From the NCBI GenBank assembly GCA_028534125.1, contig CM052816.1, forward strand, positions 76,386,001-76,450,000: a stretch of DNA of 64,000 nt, given 5' to 3'. A program made the position numbers and the translations under genes. How positions within the stretch are numbered: position 1 is the stretch's first letter; every line of letters begins with the position of its first letter. Under the pieces are notes generated by a model. That model was not told the origin of the DNA. It did no database searches and worked only from the letters and a program-made list of their open reading frames with translations. Shown here piece by piece: positions 1 to 13,399 of this stretch. The DNA comes from Lama glama. Lineage: Eukaryota.

Positions 1-530
1 GGTTCTGCTATCTCTCCATACCTTCCCCTCCATACTCACTACCACCATCGAGCTCTATCTTAGTCCTCCATGATTCTTCACCAGAAATTCTGCACTCTTC
101 TCCTATGAGTGGAGAGAGGCTCCTGTACATGGGGTGGTTTTAGACATGTGAATAACATGTATCCCTCCTCTGTGACACATTCTTTAAAGTATTCTGCACT
201 GTGGTTCTAGTTTTAATTCTCATCTCTCTCCCCAGTATTGTCTCATAGAATATTAGACTTTTGTTTTCTTTAAATTCAGAAGTCTGGACTCCTCTATTGC
301 AAGAGGGCTTTCATGATTATCTTGTACCTCCAACAAAGCTTCCCTTCCTTCTCTCTTTTTTTCCTACCATTTTCACACCTTAATGTAGGTTTCAGTCTTC
401 TCCAGACTCTTCAAACTCTCATGCCTCTTAATGTTTTGTATTACTTTATACTGTGTATCTAATAGCAGTTCATCCACTCTTAAGTCAGATTATAGTAAAA
501 ACATTTCCTTAAGACCTTACCTTTCTTTCC
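1..530 (+). mobile_element. Highly diverged L2 LINE fragments
   Basis: Pyrimidine-rich text resembling L2 ORF2/3' region (e.g. 'ttcatccactcttaagtcagatt...catttcctt'); by-eye match only. Confidence 0.4.
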
Positions 531-1064
531 CATACTGAGTAGCCAATTTAAATAAACTCATAAAGGCTAAAATGACTGCATCTGGCAGGAGATGTTGGAA
601 TATTTCCCTGGGCTTCTATGTGGTCAGTCCTGATTTCTCAACCATTTCTTGCATGATAACTCTTTTGGTTAATAACATGGTGCATATAATTGCTAAATAC
701 TTATGTGGGTGGTCAAACCCAAAGTTGACCATTCTCTGGGTTAAGATAAATGGAATGAGAAAACAATATTTGTAAAATAGTTTAAGCTTCCATTTTCTAA
801 GGTGGAAAACACAAAGTAGGGTTGGTTATTATATTGTCTCCCCAACTGAAGATCTGTAAAATATTTCTTCCCAGGGATTATATATTTTATTTGCTCTAGA
901 TTGTTCTATAAAATTGGTCAAAGTTATGGTACATCTCTACAAAATCTTAACCTCATCCCCATCAAATATATATAGGTATAGTTGTATATAATTCTTTGTA
1001 CAAATGCAGGGGAGGTCAAGATTTTTCAAAGCACCCAACCCAAATTTAGACTTATCTCAAGGAA

Positions 1065-1290
1065 CCATAGCACAGTGATCAAGATCATGGCCTCTGGAGT
1101 AAGAGTGTCCAATGCACAGCTTTTGTGACCATGAGTAAGTTTCTTAACCCTTAGATGCCTCAGGATTGTCTTCTTTTTAATACTGCAAGAATATTAGATC
1201 CTATCTTATAGGGTCACTATAAAGGTTAAACTAATTAATTTAGTTATTTCTAAAACAATGGCTGCTACATGGTAAATACTGTATAATTAC
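1065..1290 (+). mobile_element. MIR SINE (diverged)
   Basis: 'tgtgaccatgagtaagtttcttaaccctt...gcctcag' matches the MIR core; 5' 'ggcctctggagt' and 3' 'acatggtaaatact'. Confidence 0.65.
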
Positions 1291-3129
1291 TAATTAATTA
1301 AATAAATTTATAGTAAATTAATTTATCAATTATTTTTCTGAGTTCAGGGGCTTAAATGTAACAGGTCATCACTATGATCCCTCTTCATCCAAATTTCTGA
1401 TTGCTGAAATCCATTGGAGCCATTGAAGTAACTATTAAAATTATACCTGGCTAATATGGACTTTCCTATTTTTTAAAGTGTTATAGTCGTACACTAGTTT
1501 CAATTATTTAATCAATGTGTGAATTAAGTAATAAAAATATCATTGAATTGTACAATATTAGAGGAACTATACCTTTGTTATTAGAAATAATGAACTAAAA
1601 AATATCTAAGAGAAATTTTACTTTAATAATTTACATATGCTTTCCCCAAAATAGATTAATTAGGGGAGAACTTGGTGGCTCTGCATGTTGGAGGGAAAGG
1701 AGACTATGATGAATAATTAGAATTAAAAAAGAAAAATAGGCTGTGCTATATTTTATTTTCCCTCAGTTCCAATCTTATCTTTTTCTCTTGACTTTTATTC
1801 TCTTTTTTAATAATAAAAAGATGAAACACTGCACCTATAAATCTATGAGCAAACTATACTTGCTACTGTGTTTGATTTTTCTAATTTTTTTCTTTTCTTG
1901 TCTTTCTCCCTCTTTTTTGCTATTAATTCTTCAATTAACCTTTTAGCCCCAACTACACTAAGAGTTTTTTTTTCTTGAAAGTAGATGGAGTGCTTGTGTC
2001 TGTGTAGGTACTGACTCAAAGGATGTCTTAAAACACAACTTATAATCAGGAGGTGAAAGAAAACTTTTCCTTTACTCATCATGCTATAGGTTAACTGTGA
2101 TTAGCACTAAGGTGATGAGTTGTAGAACTTTCTGAACTAAAATTGAAGCAGTTCACTGATGAAAGCTAGAACATTCTAATTGCTCTAGGAAGAAAAAACT
2201 CTCCTTGATGCCCAAGTATTTTAATGTATGTAAAAAAAGAAACATTTGTCTCCTGAATGCTAAGTGGATATTTTGAGACTCCACTTCTTAATTCAGTTCA
2301 AACGATCAAAATCCTGTTGAAAATAGAGTTCACTTTTTGTATCAGCCATTTAAGTAAGCTATTTCCTTTCACAATTAGGAAAAGGAATCAATGTTGGATA
2401 TGGCACTTATATTCCTTTGTTAAGGTTTCAATCGGTCTTGCTTAGTGGCTTCTATTTTGTAAGTGATAATTTCTAGATCCCCATCTGTTCCATGTCCAAA
2501 TAGGAGGTAATTTGAGCCTCACTAATTGCTATCACTCTTGCTATGAAAAGACTTTAAACCAGAATATTGAGGAAAACATATTTTATCCATATTGACATTA
2601 AATAACATTAATTAAACCAGAAGCACATTTTTGACTGTAGTAATGCCAGTGCAACAGATGAAAGACATTAATTTAGTAATAAATTAAAGCTCTTTTAAAA
2701 TAATGATTTAATAATATTTAGGTGGGGGTTAACTTTTTTAAAGGACTGTTTTCAAACAATAAAGTGTAATTGCCTGTAGGAAAAATGAAGCCAGTATGAT
2801 AGGGGTTTGTAGGGAAAAGAACACAGGGCTTGGCAGAAGAGTCCAGATCCTACTTCCTCATAAATCTTGGCTCTGTCAACAGCAGTCAAAAGAGAATCCA
2901 TTCACTGGATTAAGTACATCTCTCTACCAACATAGGTTGAAAGTGAACCATACTTGGGACTTAGAGCATGCCTTCCCCAGGGTATAGCACTGCAAAGGAA
3001 GAGGGCTCAGGATCCCCCTTGCTCCGCAGAACCATTTTCTCATCATTCTCCCTTCTTTCTCTTCATGTCCATGGAGAACAAAAAACAAAACAAAAAACCC
3101 CACAAAACACACCAACCAAATACCCAGCT

Positions 3130-3380
3130 TGAATCTCATGCATCAGACTGAACTCCTTTCAATCCTGTAATCTTGACTTTCGTTCTATTTTAGCCATTCC
3201 CTTCAGTGGTCATGTTCTAAGCCTAGTCATAGCCAACAAAGGCAACACATCGTAATTCCAGTTTCATGCATCCTACACTCTATAGATCACCTCCTAAATT
3301 TTCAACTCATTCCCTCAAACTTTTCAACCCCTCCACATACTCCATTGATGTGAGCACTGTTTGAATATTCTTTATCCACT
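3130..3380 (+). mobile_element. L2 LINE ORF2 fragment (diverged)
   Basis: 'agccattcccttcagtggtcatgttctaagcctagtcatagccaac' resembles the L2 endonuclease-region consensus. Confidence 0.45.
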
Positions 3381-3924
3381 TAAAAATAGTGAATTTTGTC
3401 ATCTACATTGGTCCTTTCTGATAAGAACTGAGAATTCTCAGGAAATGTTCTCTATTCTGTGACTGAAAGTAATTTAATGATATTAACACTTAAAAATAAA
3501 AAAAGATTCAATACAAAAAATAAAATTAGAAAAACAAAATAAAAAAACTACTCTTTATCCATTTGATATATCTTGCTCTCCTTAGCAAATTTAAGTTGTA
3601 TGATCAGTCATAATTAGTTTCTTGCTCATAATTCTTTCCCTTTAATGTGTAGCATTAAAAATGATAAATTAGAAAATATAGGATACCCTGTAGAAAAGAG
3701 TTTAGAGAAAAATATCTAATTCCATTAAAAAAATAGAACTTTTTAATCCCTCATGAATAGCTTGGGTAATAAGACAAAGAATAAAAAATACAATCCAAAA
3801 AATGCTATTTTGAAATCAAATTTGGCCTACATTTTGATATTTGTTGAAATATTGCATGTCTTGTTCCCTATAATTATGTGGTTGGGTCAGGTCTTTAAGT
3901 TATGTGAAGTATTTAGGGTTGACG

Positions 3925-4150
3925 TTCTAAAAAAGCAGAATTTGAATTTGCTACACACCAGCAACTATGTACATAGCATTTACATAGTATTAAGAATTGT
4001 AAGTAATCTAGAGATTATTTAAAGTATACAGGAAGGTATGCATAGGTTATAGGCAAATACCAAACTATTTTATATAAGGGACTTGAGCATTAAAAAATTT
4101 TGGCATCCACAGGGTATCCTGAAACTCCCACAGATACCAAGGGACCACTG
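3925..4150 (+). mobile_element. MER2-like (Tigger, TcMar) non-autonomous DNA transposon, 3' part
   Basis: 'catagcatttacatagtatta...aagtaatctagagattatttaaagtatacagga...gggacttgagcat...gataccaagggaccactg' followed by TA. Confidence 0.8.
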
Positions 4151-4233
4151 TATTAATAAAACACATTTTGTTTCTCTCAGTGAGAGAAATAGTGAACTGA
4201 TAAACAAGAAACCTTGTATTGTATATTGTTCTT

Positions 4234-4651
4234 TGACAAAGACCCCCTTGGCCAAATCTTAATCAGGCTTCTCTGAGCCCTTTTCTCCACTACACCTCTT
4301 CCTTGGCCCCCTGAACCCAATTTCAGCAAAGAATCCTGCTAAACCACTTTATCAAAAATTCCCCTATCCTTGATATCCAGTCAGGCTCGTCTTCCTCCAC
4401 CCTAGAAAGCTAATCAAGTTGCTCTTTCTCCTCACCTTTGATACTTAATCAAGTTCCTCCCACTAATTTTCCATCCTCTTCCTCACCCTACCCCTCCCCA
4501 GGCTATAAATATGCACTAATCCCTATTGTATTCAGAAGTTAATTCAGTCTTAATCTCTGTAACAATAGTCTTGAACCCTATTGCCATTGGCTTGAACAGA
4601 ATCGTCTTTGACATTTTAAAAAAGTGACTGATAAACAGTTTTTCTTTAACA
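4234..4651 (+). mobile_element. Solo ERV1 LTR, MER31-like
   Basis: Starts TGACAAAGAC...ccttggccaaatcttaatcaggcttctctgagccc and ends ttctttaACA; internal TATA box 'ggctataaat' (~4503); near-matching 4-bp flanks tctt/tcat. Confidence 0.75.
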
Positions 4652-4794
4652 TCATTAAACAGAGGATAATCTAAAGCTCAGGCAATGCCAAGGTGTCTCC
4701 CCTCCACCTCTTCTGGAAAAGCAGAAGTACTAGGAGAAATGAGGTAGAATCTCCTTCCCATGCAGGTGGAGGAAGTGGAGGAGAAGGATGAGGA

Positions 4795-4997
4795 ACAGGA
4801 ACTCTGAAGCCATCAGGAATCAAATTCTAGTACCAGTGCTTAGTGGGTATACAGGCACTGGGAAAAGCCTCATTTCCTCACCTATAAAATGGGCATATTA
4901 ATAACACCTGCCTCAAAGATTATTATGGGGATTAACTGAGATGAATCTTAAACTCTTACTGGTACTTTGTAAGTTTTTAATAAATATCAGTAATAAT
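4795..4997 (+). mobile_element. MIR SINE
   Basis: Core 'gcctcattcctcacctataaaatgggcatattaataacacctgcctcaaagattattatggggattaactgagat'. Confidence 0.75.
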
Positions 4998-5769
4998 CCA
5001 AAGAACTTTCTATTCAGAGTATCACTCCTGCTGATCATCAAGGCATCATTCCAGCCCAGTTTAGACTTAAAGGAACCAGGCAGATCATGAACAGATGGCA
5101 ATACAGGGTTTAGACTAGCTTCTAAAGCTGTATTTATGTCCTGATCCACGGAGCTTGGCACTGTCTCTAAGGTGGCAGATGTCTCAACTTGTCACTGCTT
5201 AGTTTTAGAGATATAATTAAATCAAATGGCAAAGAAGGATGTTCTGGGTACTCTGGCTACTCTGCATCCACAGTGAAATGCTCTGTTTTAAGAATAAATG
5301 AAGCATTTAGAAAGAAATCTCTTAGCAATTGGAGAATCTGAATCACAAAGGCAAGTGGTTAGGGATGCAGCCCATAAGCAGAGACAATATTTCAGTTAAA
5401 GAGAGGAGCTAAGTTACGTTAGCATGATCCAGGCACCACCTAAGCTTTAACTTGTTCCACGGTATTTACCAGGCTGCAGATATGGACATTGTAGTCAAAA
5501 TTAGAGAGATGTTATTTTTGAACTACATAGTTCCTGTGCCTATGTGGAAATGTTTTTCTCTCCAAGATTTAGTACTTAATGAAATTCTCAGCATTTTTTT
5601 CATTATCTTTGTGCAGCAATAAAATTAGAGCCACAAATGTGGAAAGTGATAGTACAAACAGGAAAGAAATATTGGTGAGGCATTTTAAGCCCTGAAAGAT
5701 TTCTTAAAATATTTCTCTCTGATCTATGGGTCAGGGCATTCATGATCTTTTATTATTTTATTCTGATTT

Positions 5770-5800
5770 TGTGTGTGTGTGATTGTGTGTGTGTGTGTGT
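5770..5800. repeat. Interrupted (TG)n microsatellite
   Basis: tgtgtgtgtgtgattgtgtgtgtgtgtgtgt. Confidence 0.9.
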
Positions 5801-6158
5801 TAAATCAACAGTCTTCTATGAAAAAGTCAGCAACTTCTCATGGGTAATGATATATTAATGTTCTCTTTTTTAAGAAAGAGTCCTGACTATCAGTTTCCAA
5901 TGAGAAGGTGTTCATTGAAAGCCTACTATGTAAAGCAGTATATTAGGTGAAAGAATTCAGAGGAAAGTTTCCTGCCTTCAAGGAGCTCACAATGAAGTTA
6001 AAAAGAGCCAACACTACAGCATGCAGTGGGTCAGATAAATTTCTCCTCTTCCTTTCCTCCCTTCAGTCTGGCACATGCTCATCCCCTTGCTCTGAATCAA
6101 GACGTACACTTGGGAACATGAGATGATGGTATTTAGGACAGAGGAAGGGAAAGATACT

Positions 6159-6352
6159 CTTTTTTTTCAATTGAATTATAGTTGGTTTACAATGTTCTGA
6201 TGTAGAGAATAGTGATTCAGTTATATATATATATATAATATGATAATATATATATTCCTTTTCATCTTCTTTTTAATTATAGGCTATTACAAGATATTGA
6301 AGCTGTTTATCTAATTTATATATAGTAGTTAGTATGTGCTAATCCTGAACTC
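6159..6352 (-). mobile_element. 5'-truncated L1 3' UTR (cetartiodactyl type)
   Basis: T-run then 'aattgaattatagttggtttacaatgtt...atagtgattcagttatata...ataggctattacaagatattga', the reverse complement of an L1 3' end. Confidence 0.85.
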
Positions 6353-6929
6353 TTTTAGAATAAGAGCCAGGAGCCGTATAAAGAGAAGTAGTATGAAAGT
6401 TTGCTTTTCTTCTACTGTCTACATACAAAATCCAATGTTTTCCTACCTCCTATCTCAGGTGAAGCAAGATGGAGGTAACTATTTCACAGTTGTCCCAGAG
6501 GCTGAGGCGAAGTGGCACCTGCTGGGTCAAACAGAGAGGTTCAAGTTACTCAAAAACCATGGAGGGAAAAGAGAATTTCAAAGGCTAACAGTCATTAATG
6601 ACCACAGAGTAAAGGTCGTGAAGATGGTACCAAATCCCAGTTTGAAGAATTCACATCTGGGGAGAAACTGGAGATGTGTTGCCTAGAAGAAGCTTCCATT
6701 TCTCCCTGTGGTTTGGGACATAGGAAGGAGGCAAAGGTGTTGAACATTTTTCAGAATCAGATATTATTATCTAACCATAAAGCTGTTTGAAAATGGACTG
6801 TATCTCCCTTTTCACAATTAAGGAGGTATACTACCAATAATAAAATAATAGAAAAACAAAGAACTTAAAGGTATGCAGCCAATACAGAAACAATAAAACG
6901 TTCAAAGAATTAAGAAATCTGTGTCTTAC

Positions 6930-7480
6930 AGTCAGAAATATCATCAGAGAAAAAATGTAACTGAGCCTTGAAGGATAAGAAAGATTTAGATAAATTGAAT
7001 GGGATGGGTATAGAAGCATGGCTTATGGTAATGGTACAGATAGACCCAGAAATGGAAATGAAGATGGCATAGATAGGGGAGAGCTAAGGAGTCAGCACAA
7101 ATGAATGCAAGACTTCTGTCTGTATAAGCGAGGTCAGACATAAGACTGGCTGGGAAGTGCCATGTTCTAAAGACATGCAAATTTGGGTAGAGAACTTTAC
7201 AATTGTTAAAATGATTTGTATAAAGCCTTTGGAAATTCTTGAAGAGAGACATGATGAAATTTACATTATAGAGAGATTGCTAATTATAGTTAGTATAAAT
7301 TTGAGGAGGAAGAAAAACAATGGAAAAGAGGCTAGCAGATAGGCTTTTGTAGCAATTTGAGTACGAACAGAGGAATAGAACAACCTGATACACATTTCAA
7401 AGAAATAAACAGTCAGGGCTGGTGCTGGGTTATTTAAGAATAACAGAAAGAGAAAATTTAAAGATGGCTTCCAAACTAGG
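6930..7480 (-). mobile_element. L2 LINE fragment
   Basis: Purine-rich antisense L2 text ('ctgagccttgaaggataagaaagattta', 'aggcttttgtagcaatttgag'). Confidence 0.5.
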
Positions 7481-7499
7481 AGATTAGAACAACAGTGGT

Positions 7500-7880
7500 T
7501 GGTATGAATGTTACCAGTGCTTAAATGTGAGATAAGGTGGTCAAGTTGGAGTCCTGCCTTTTTGACTAACCAAGTATATGGCCTCCTGAAATAACTTCAT
7601 CTATTTGGTTAACTAAACAATCAGTTTTCTCTTTTTTAATTGAGATATAGTTGATTTATAATACTATATGTTTCAGTTGTGCAACATAGTGATTCATAAT
7701 TTTAAAGGTTTTACTCCATTTATAGTTATTATAAAACATTGGCTATATTTCCTGTGCTGTACAATACATCCTTGTAGCTTATGTATTTTATACCTAGTAG
7801 TTTGTACCTCTTAATCCCCCAGTTTTCTCATCTGTAAAATGAGACAAATGACTTGGGTGATCTCTGAAGCCTTGAAAACT
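7500..7880 (+). mobile_element. MIR SINE interrupted by an L1 insertion
   Basis: Core 'cagttttctcatctgtaaaatgag' resumes at 7820 after the L1 piece. Confidence 0.6.
7632..7819 (-). mobile_element. Short 5'-truncated L1 3' end with 10-bp TSD
   Basis: 'ttttttaattgagatatagttgatttataata...gtgctgtacaatacatccttgtagc'; flanked by cagttttctc at 7622-7631 and 7820-7829. Confidence 0.9.
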
Positions 7881-9386
7881 CTGTTTTTATGAGTTCTACT
7901 TTAGCTGTGTCAAATTAGTGTACATTACTAAATGTCATAATGCTGAGCAAGGCTTAGAAAAAACAACATCGTTAGCCAATCAATACTTCTATTTTCTTTA
8001 ATCTTCTGCTGTTCACCATAGACCAGCTTATGATGGCATGACTTACTACTATATTATATGACTATTAATATTCTATGTAACCAAGGAGCAAAATTAATTT
8101 GAATTTAAATATGCAAACTACTCTTTTCTACTTGGATTGTTTTCTTCTTTGATTCAGAAGAATTCTATAACTTTGATATGATCCTAGGCAATAATGTAAA
8201 GTTCATTCCTATAACTCATTGAGTTCAATACAGTGGGAGTAAAAACAATATTACCAAAAGACAATAGTAATAAGCATCCAGGTAAACTGGAAAGCAATTT
8301 ACGTACATCGTATCTTTTAGTATTCAGAACCCACTTCTGAGAGTTAAGTACTAATTTTACCCTGTTGTTAGGGCTGATAAACTCAAGTGTTAACAAAATT
8401 ATAATTTTTCTAGTCATAAAGGACTTAGTAGTGGAGTTGGAACTATATTTTGAATCTTTCCAATTTCCAAATCTTCTTAACGGTATCATACTGTGAGGGT
8501 AGATTGTTCCTCTGAAAGATAAATGAGGTTTTTTCACAAATTGAATGAAACTCAGGAAATATAGACATGACAGCTGTTAGATGTTGGCTTTGCATCCATT
8601 TCCCTGCCACTATGCTGTGTTGGTGGAAAGTAAGAATACTTTGGAGCTCATTTTTAGGAATGAAAAGTAAGGAAATTAATCAGAACCCAACTTTCAACTC
8701 CTTTCTTTATAACGGAATAGAGTGGGCAAAGGGATAGTCCCTCTTTACTGGCCTCTGCCACACAGCAGTTTAGCATTTCTTGCACTTCTTCTCCAGTGGT
8801 CAGAATATGAGGCATGGAAATGTAATTCAAAATGACATATTTGAAATCTCAAAACATTCACTTTGACAATCATATGATCAGAGTTTACAAGAGAGGTTGT
8901 CAGAAAGAACGTCTCTAAGTAAAAATGCCACTGCAACTTCATAGGTAATTATCAATATTTTTATCCAAATGTCACAAGGAATCAGTGAGTTGCCCAGGCT
9001 CTGCTGCAACTTTTGAGCTATTGATATGAAGCAGGAAGAAAAATTAACACCTTTCTCATCAACAGTTTCTGTGTCATGATAGATTCTTCATAATTGTGTA
9101 TCCTGTGCCTTTCCTTTAACTTGGAAAGCATTGATTAAGTAATAGTGTCTGTTAATACTGTGTGTTAGGGTATGTTAAAGGTCTAGATTTCAGGTGAAAG
9201 AAAAACAATAAATGAGCTGATACAGAAAGTTTCTTCAAAGTAGGAAGAAAATCATGTTACTAAGACTAGAACAGGGCTGAAAATGCCTTCCATCTGTCAG
9301 CCCCAAATTAGATTATTATTTTTCTTTATAATGTATCTTATGAAACATTTGTTCATTTTCAGTCATGTTTATAATGCATGGATTAA

Positions 9387-9453
9387 ATGTATATATATAT
9401 ATGCATATATGTATTTGTGTATATATATATATGTATATACACACACACACACA
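9387..9453. repeat. Compound (TA)n/(CA)n microsatellite
   Basis: Visible dinucleotide runs. Confidence 0.85.
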
Positions 9454-9519
9454 TAATAAACATGTAAAACAAAGTTCACTAGAGATTTCCTTGAGAAGGC
9501 AAAACTTATGGATTTGTTG

Positions 9520-10210
9520 GTCTATTCATTTGTTGCCCAATTGGCTGAGAGGGTGTTAAGCACCTGCCATGATATGAGGAGAAGAACACCTGAAAGTCGT
9601 GCACAAACATGCATGACCTTAGTAGAGCATACAGTCTAGTGGCTGAGAAACCATGAAGTAAGAACGTGCATTCTCTAACTGTATAGGACAATAAGTGCTT
9701 GAAGAGTGAAGAACAAGGGATGAGCTAACAGTGGAGGTGGAGGTGTTGGGAGGATATAGTCAGCTGTCAGGGAAGGCTTCAATGAAAAGAGACCTATAGA
9801 CACAACAGTTCAGTATCTAAGGAAAGGGAGCTACAACATTGCAGGCAGAGGGAAAAATTAATAGGTGTGAAAATTTCTGAGAAGAGAAGTTGCTGGAAGA
9901 AGGCCAGTACGGCTACAGCGCCAAGACCAAGTGTGAACTAGACAAAAGATGCAGGTAGAGAGGTCTTGCAGGGTCTTGTAGACCATAGTAAGAATTCTGA
10001 ACTAACTGAAAGCAGGAGAGCAACAAAACTCAACTTTTACTTCTGAAAGATCTTTCAATTGGTTGTATGAAAAATGGACTGAAGGGGAGCATGATCGGAA
10101 GTAAGGAAATTGTTTGGAATGCTTTTGTAAAAGTCTAGCAAAGCCAAGCGGTTTAGGAGAGGAGCAGCAGGAAAAAAATAAAAGCCTGTCTGAGATAGAC
10201 TTGATCAGAC
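9520..10210 (-). mobile_element. L2 LINE 3' fragment
   Basis: 'ttaagcacctgccatg', 'tgaccttagtagagcatacagtctagtgg', 'gtcagggaaggcttc', 'gcagggtcttgtagaccatagtaagaatt'. Confidence 0.7.
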
Positions 10211-10379
10211 TTGTTCTTGTGTTACATATGGAAAGAAAAGAGAAGGTTTAAACAGGATCAGTAAAAACATAGGAGGGCAGAACAACACTATAGTGTTATA
10301 CATCATGGTAGTTTGGGCTACACAGTCATGTGCATTAGTCAAAACAAAACACTAAAAAGAAACCTCGGCAAAAATACCA

Positions 10380-11110
10380 TTATGATTCAGGCATTTTTAC
10401 ATTAAAAGAAAGAACTATAAACATTGAACACTAGTTAGTTATGTATGCTGAAGTATTTAGGAAAAAGTGTATTGATATCTACAATTTACTTTGAAATTCT
10501 TCGTAAAATAAGATAGATTCATGGAAAGATAGAGGAAGAATAAATGAATAGATACATGATAAAATAAGCAGGGTAAGTATCAATAATATTGCTAAAAAGT
10601 CATACAGTATATGATAATGGTAACTTTGTACAGGTGTTTGGAAATACGTATCAAAAGCATTACAGATGCAGATTTTTTGACCTAGTTATTCTACTTTAGA
10701 AATATGTCTTGTGAAATAATCCGAGATACATACGAAGATTTATTACATAATGTTTAAAGATAGTGAAAAATAGACATAAAATCTATAAATAAGCACATGG
10801 ATTAAATATATTATAGTACATCAATTTGATTAAATTCTATTATCTTCAGTATCATTCTGCAGGAAAAAATGTAAGCAACCATGAAGAAAATTCAAGATAC
10901 ATTTCTAAGTGAAAAAAGTATATTTATAATATAGGACCCATATTTTATAAAAACATTTTGTAAACAGTATTTAAGATGTCATTAGATATTTTACCACAAA
11001 TAAAAAATGCAAAATGTTAACAAATTATGTTATTTTCATCTTTATATTTTCTCTATTTTTCACACTTTTTGTAATATTAAATATATATTTATGTCCTTAA
11101 TAAAAACAAA
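10380..11110 (+). mobile_element. Old L1 (L1MC/L1ME-class) 3' fragments
   Basis: 'atgtatgctgaagtatttagg...aagtgtattgatatctacaatttactttgaaat' and 'tttttgacctagttattctactttagaaat'. Confidence 0.6.
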
Positions 11111-13399
11111 AATGTAATTTAAAAAGAATTTTACCATAGTTAATTAAACTTGACTTAGACACCAAAATAAGCAATCTTTGTCTATTATAGCAGAAATAAG
11201 ACTAAAATGTAGAGATAGATATGGCTTAGAACTTTGAAAATATAATCAGAATATTAAATGGGAATTTTCTTAATTTTTTAGGTATATCCAACTCCTAATT
11301 ATATGTAGAATGTGGAAGCAAACAGTCTCCATGAGGTTTTAGAAATAGCCAAGGAGAGGTGGTGCCAGAAAAAGAAACCAAGAAGGTTGTTGGCTGACAT
11401 TTAAAACCTCAAAGCAAAGACAGGGAAATCACTATTTGTGTAGGACAAGCCTTCCTATGCCTGGAGAAAATTGTTTACATTTTCTTTTGCTATGTTGTTG
11501 GGTTTTGTGCTTTTGTTTCTTTTGTTTTAATTTTGGTTTTGGTTTCTTTGGTTAAGGTAATGAAACTTCTATGACCCACTGACCTTATACCATTAAATTA
11601 AGCTTTGACTTAAAAATGATGGATTCCTTCCTTGTGGTTAACATATTTCCTCTATGGTTCAGATGTCTGGAATTAGTATCAGAATCTTCAATAGTCCCTC
11701 ATAATAATCTGTAGTAGAAGTGGTGAGAAAAGCAATTTAGATGAGTTCTGTTAGACCACTTTCCGAATAGTTAAACCAGAAGAACCTAAAGAACATTAAA
11801 TTATCTATTGACATCACGCTAAATAAAATTTATATTTAGTCCTGAGCTATTTGATGCCTTTAATAGATCATTTTAACTGATCTCAAAATGAGTTAACTTT
11901 TCTAAAGAAAGGAGTGAATGGCAATGCATTTGATAATAGAATGAGAATCTTAGTTATTAACACAACTTGGAACAGTTGAAACCGAGATGAAATACATAAA
12001 AATTTAGTTGAGAAGTCATGTATTCATTATCAGTATCAACTGCAGAGGAACAAGATTGGCGAGTATTGTCTTAATACTCGTGTTCTTGTGGGATCATTAA
12101 CGAATGTGAGGACTCTGATTCCCAAACTGAGGTTTTAAATCCAAAAAGTATGTTGACTGTCATCTGATGCTTCCAAATTTTTGACCAGTCTTTTCAAATG
12201 TTAGCATAAATGATAAACCTTACTGATACAATAGAGAAAATCCTCCCTTTTGCATCTCACTCTTCCAGTTCTAAGTGGAGGGGGCTGAGGGCTTCCGTGG
12301 TTGAAAGCAGTATAATGTTTCTAGAATTCTTGAGAAGCTGTAGATGGAGGGATGCTGGAAAAGGAAAAAGGGGCCTCTGAATTTGAAGGAAAGTTCCTGG
12401 ATATATGGGCTGTCAAGATCCTCCCAACTTGTCCTCAGCCAGGTCCACTTAGGAGTTTTGGGTTCAGACACTCTCAAACCTCATGTAAGTCAAAGCAGCG
12501 GACTGTCTTCTTTGCCCTTCTCATAGGATTTCATTAGAGGGAGCACTGTCTCTTTAGCTCTTCCATATCTGAAAACTAATCTATGGAAATGCTTTTGGCA
12601 TCAAATATTTATGGGAAATATAACCCTTCAAGAATTGTGAATACATTTTTTGGGCTTTTCCCTGAGAGTAAACATTGGTACATGGGACGGAAATGGATGT
12701 CACTAAGAGGGAAGGTGTGCAAAAGGGAAGTATGTAGATCAGGTTCCCCTTCAGAACGTGCCTCTTCCTGCTGCAAGAGGGCTCTGCTAATGATGATCTT
12801 GGGTAGATTTTGACTTTATTTTATAAAAGTTATCCTGAGTCTACATGGATTAAGAATCTTTTGATCTGTTCCAACTTCAAGGACACACCATGCCCCGTTT
12901 TAGGTGCCAAGTTCCTGTTCTGTTGGAAACCACACTTAATAGTTTGGCAGTATCCATGCTAAACTAAGCAGAGAGATTTCCCATTTTTATGAAACACCCA
13001 CAAAAAGTCAACATTCTGTTTTTTAGCATCCATTCACCGAGTAACAGAGTAATAAAAACAACATTGGAAAGACTTGAAAAACACTCAAGATATTTTATTC
13101 TGGCATCCAATACAATTTCAAGAAAGTATTTTGTAGCCTTGTTAATATAAAAGGGACAAGAAAACAAGTATTTATTGACCATCTGTCTGTTTTTTTCAGA
13201 AATTTAAGAAAAATATAGAGTACATATTAAAAACTGACCCTACTCTGAAGAGCTAGTAATTTGGTGGATGAGAGAAGACAAACATACCGAAAAGTTAATT
13301 ACACCCAAGGTAGTACATAAGAAGGAAAGGATTTTTCCTTACTCTTCTTCAATACCTGGCCATTTCTTTTCTAAAATACATATTTCATCTGTCCCTTTT

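Noticed and set aside
6336..6686. 116-aa ORF and a possible 16-nt micro-exon (cag|gtgaagcaagatggag|gtaact)
   Set aside because: The ORF starts inside an L1 fragment on a non-ATG codon and has no recognisable homology; the splice signals alone are insufficient.
12060..12080. 8-bp inverted repeat cgagtatt/aatactcg
   Set aside because: Too short for a miRNA hairpin or MITE; plausible by chance.
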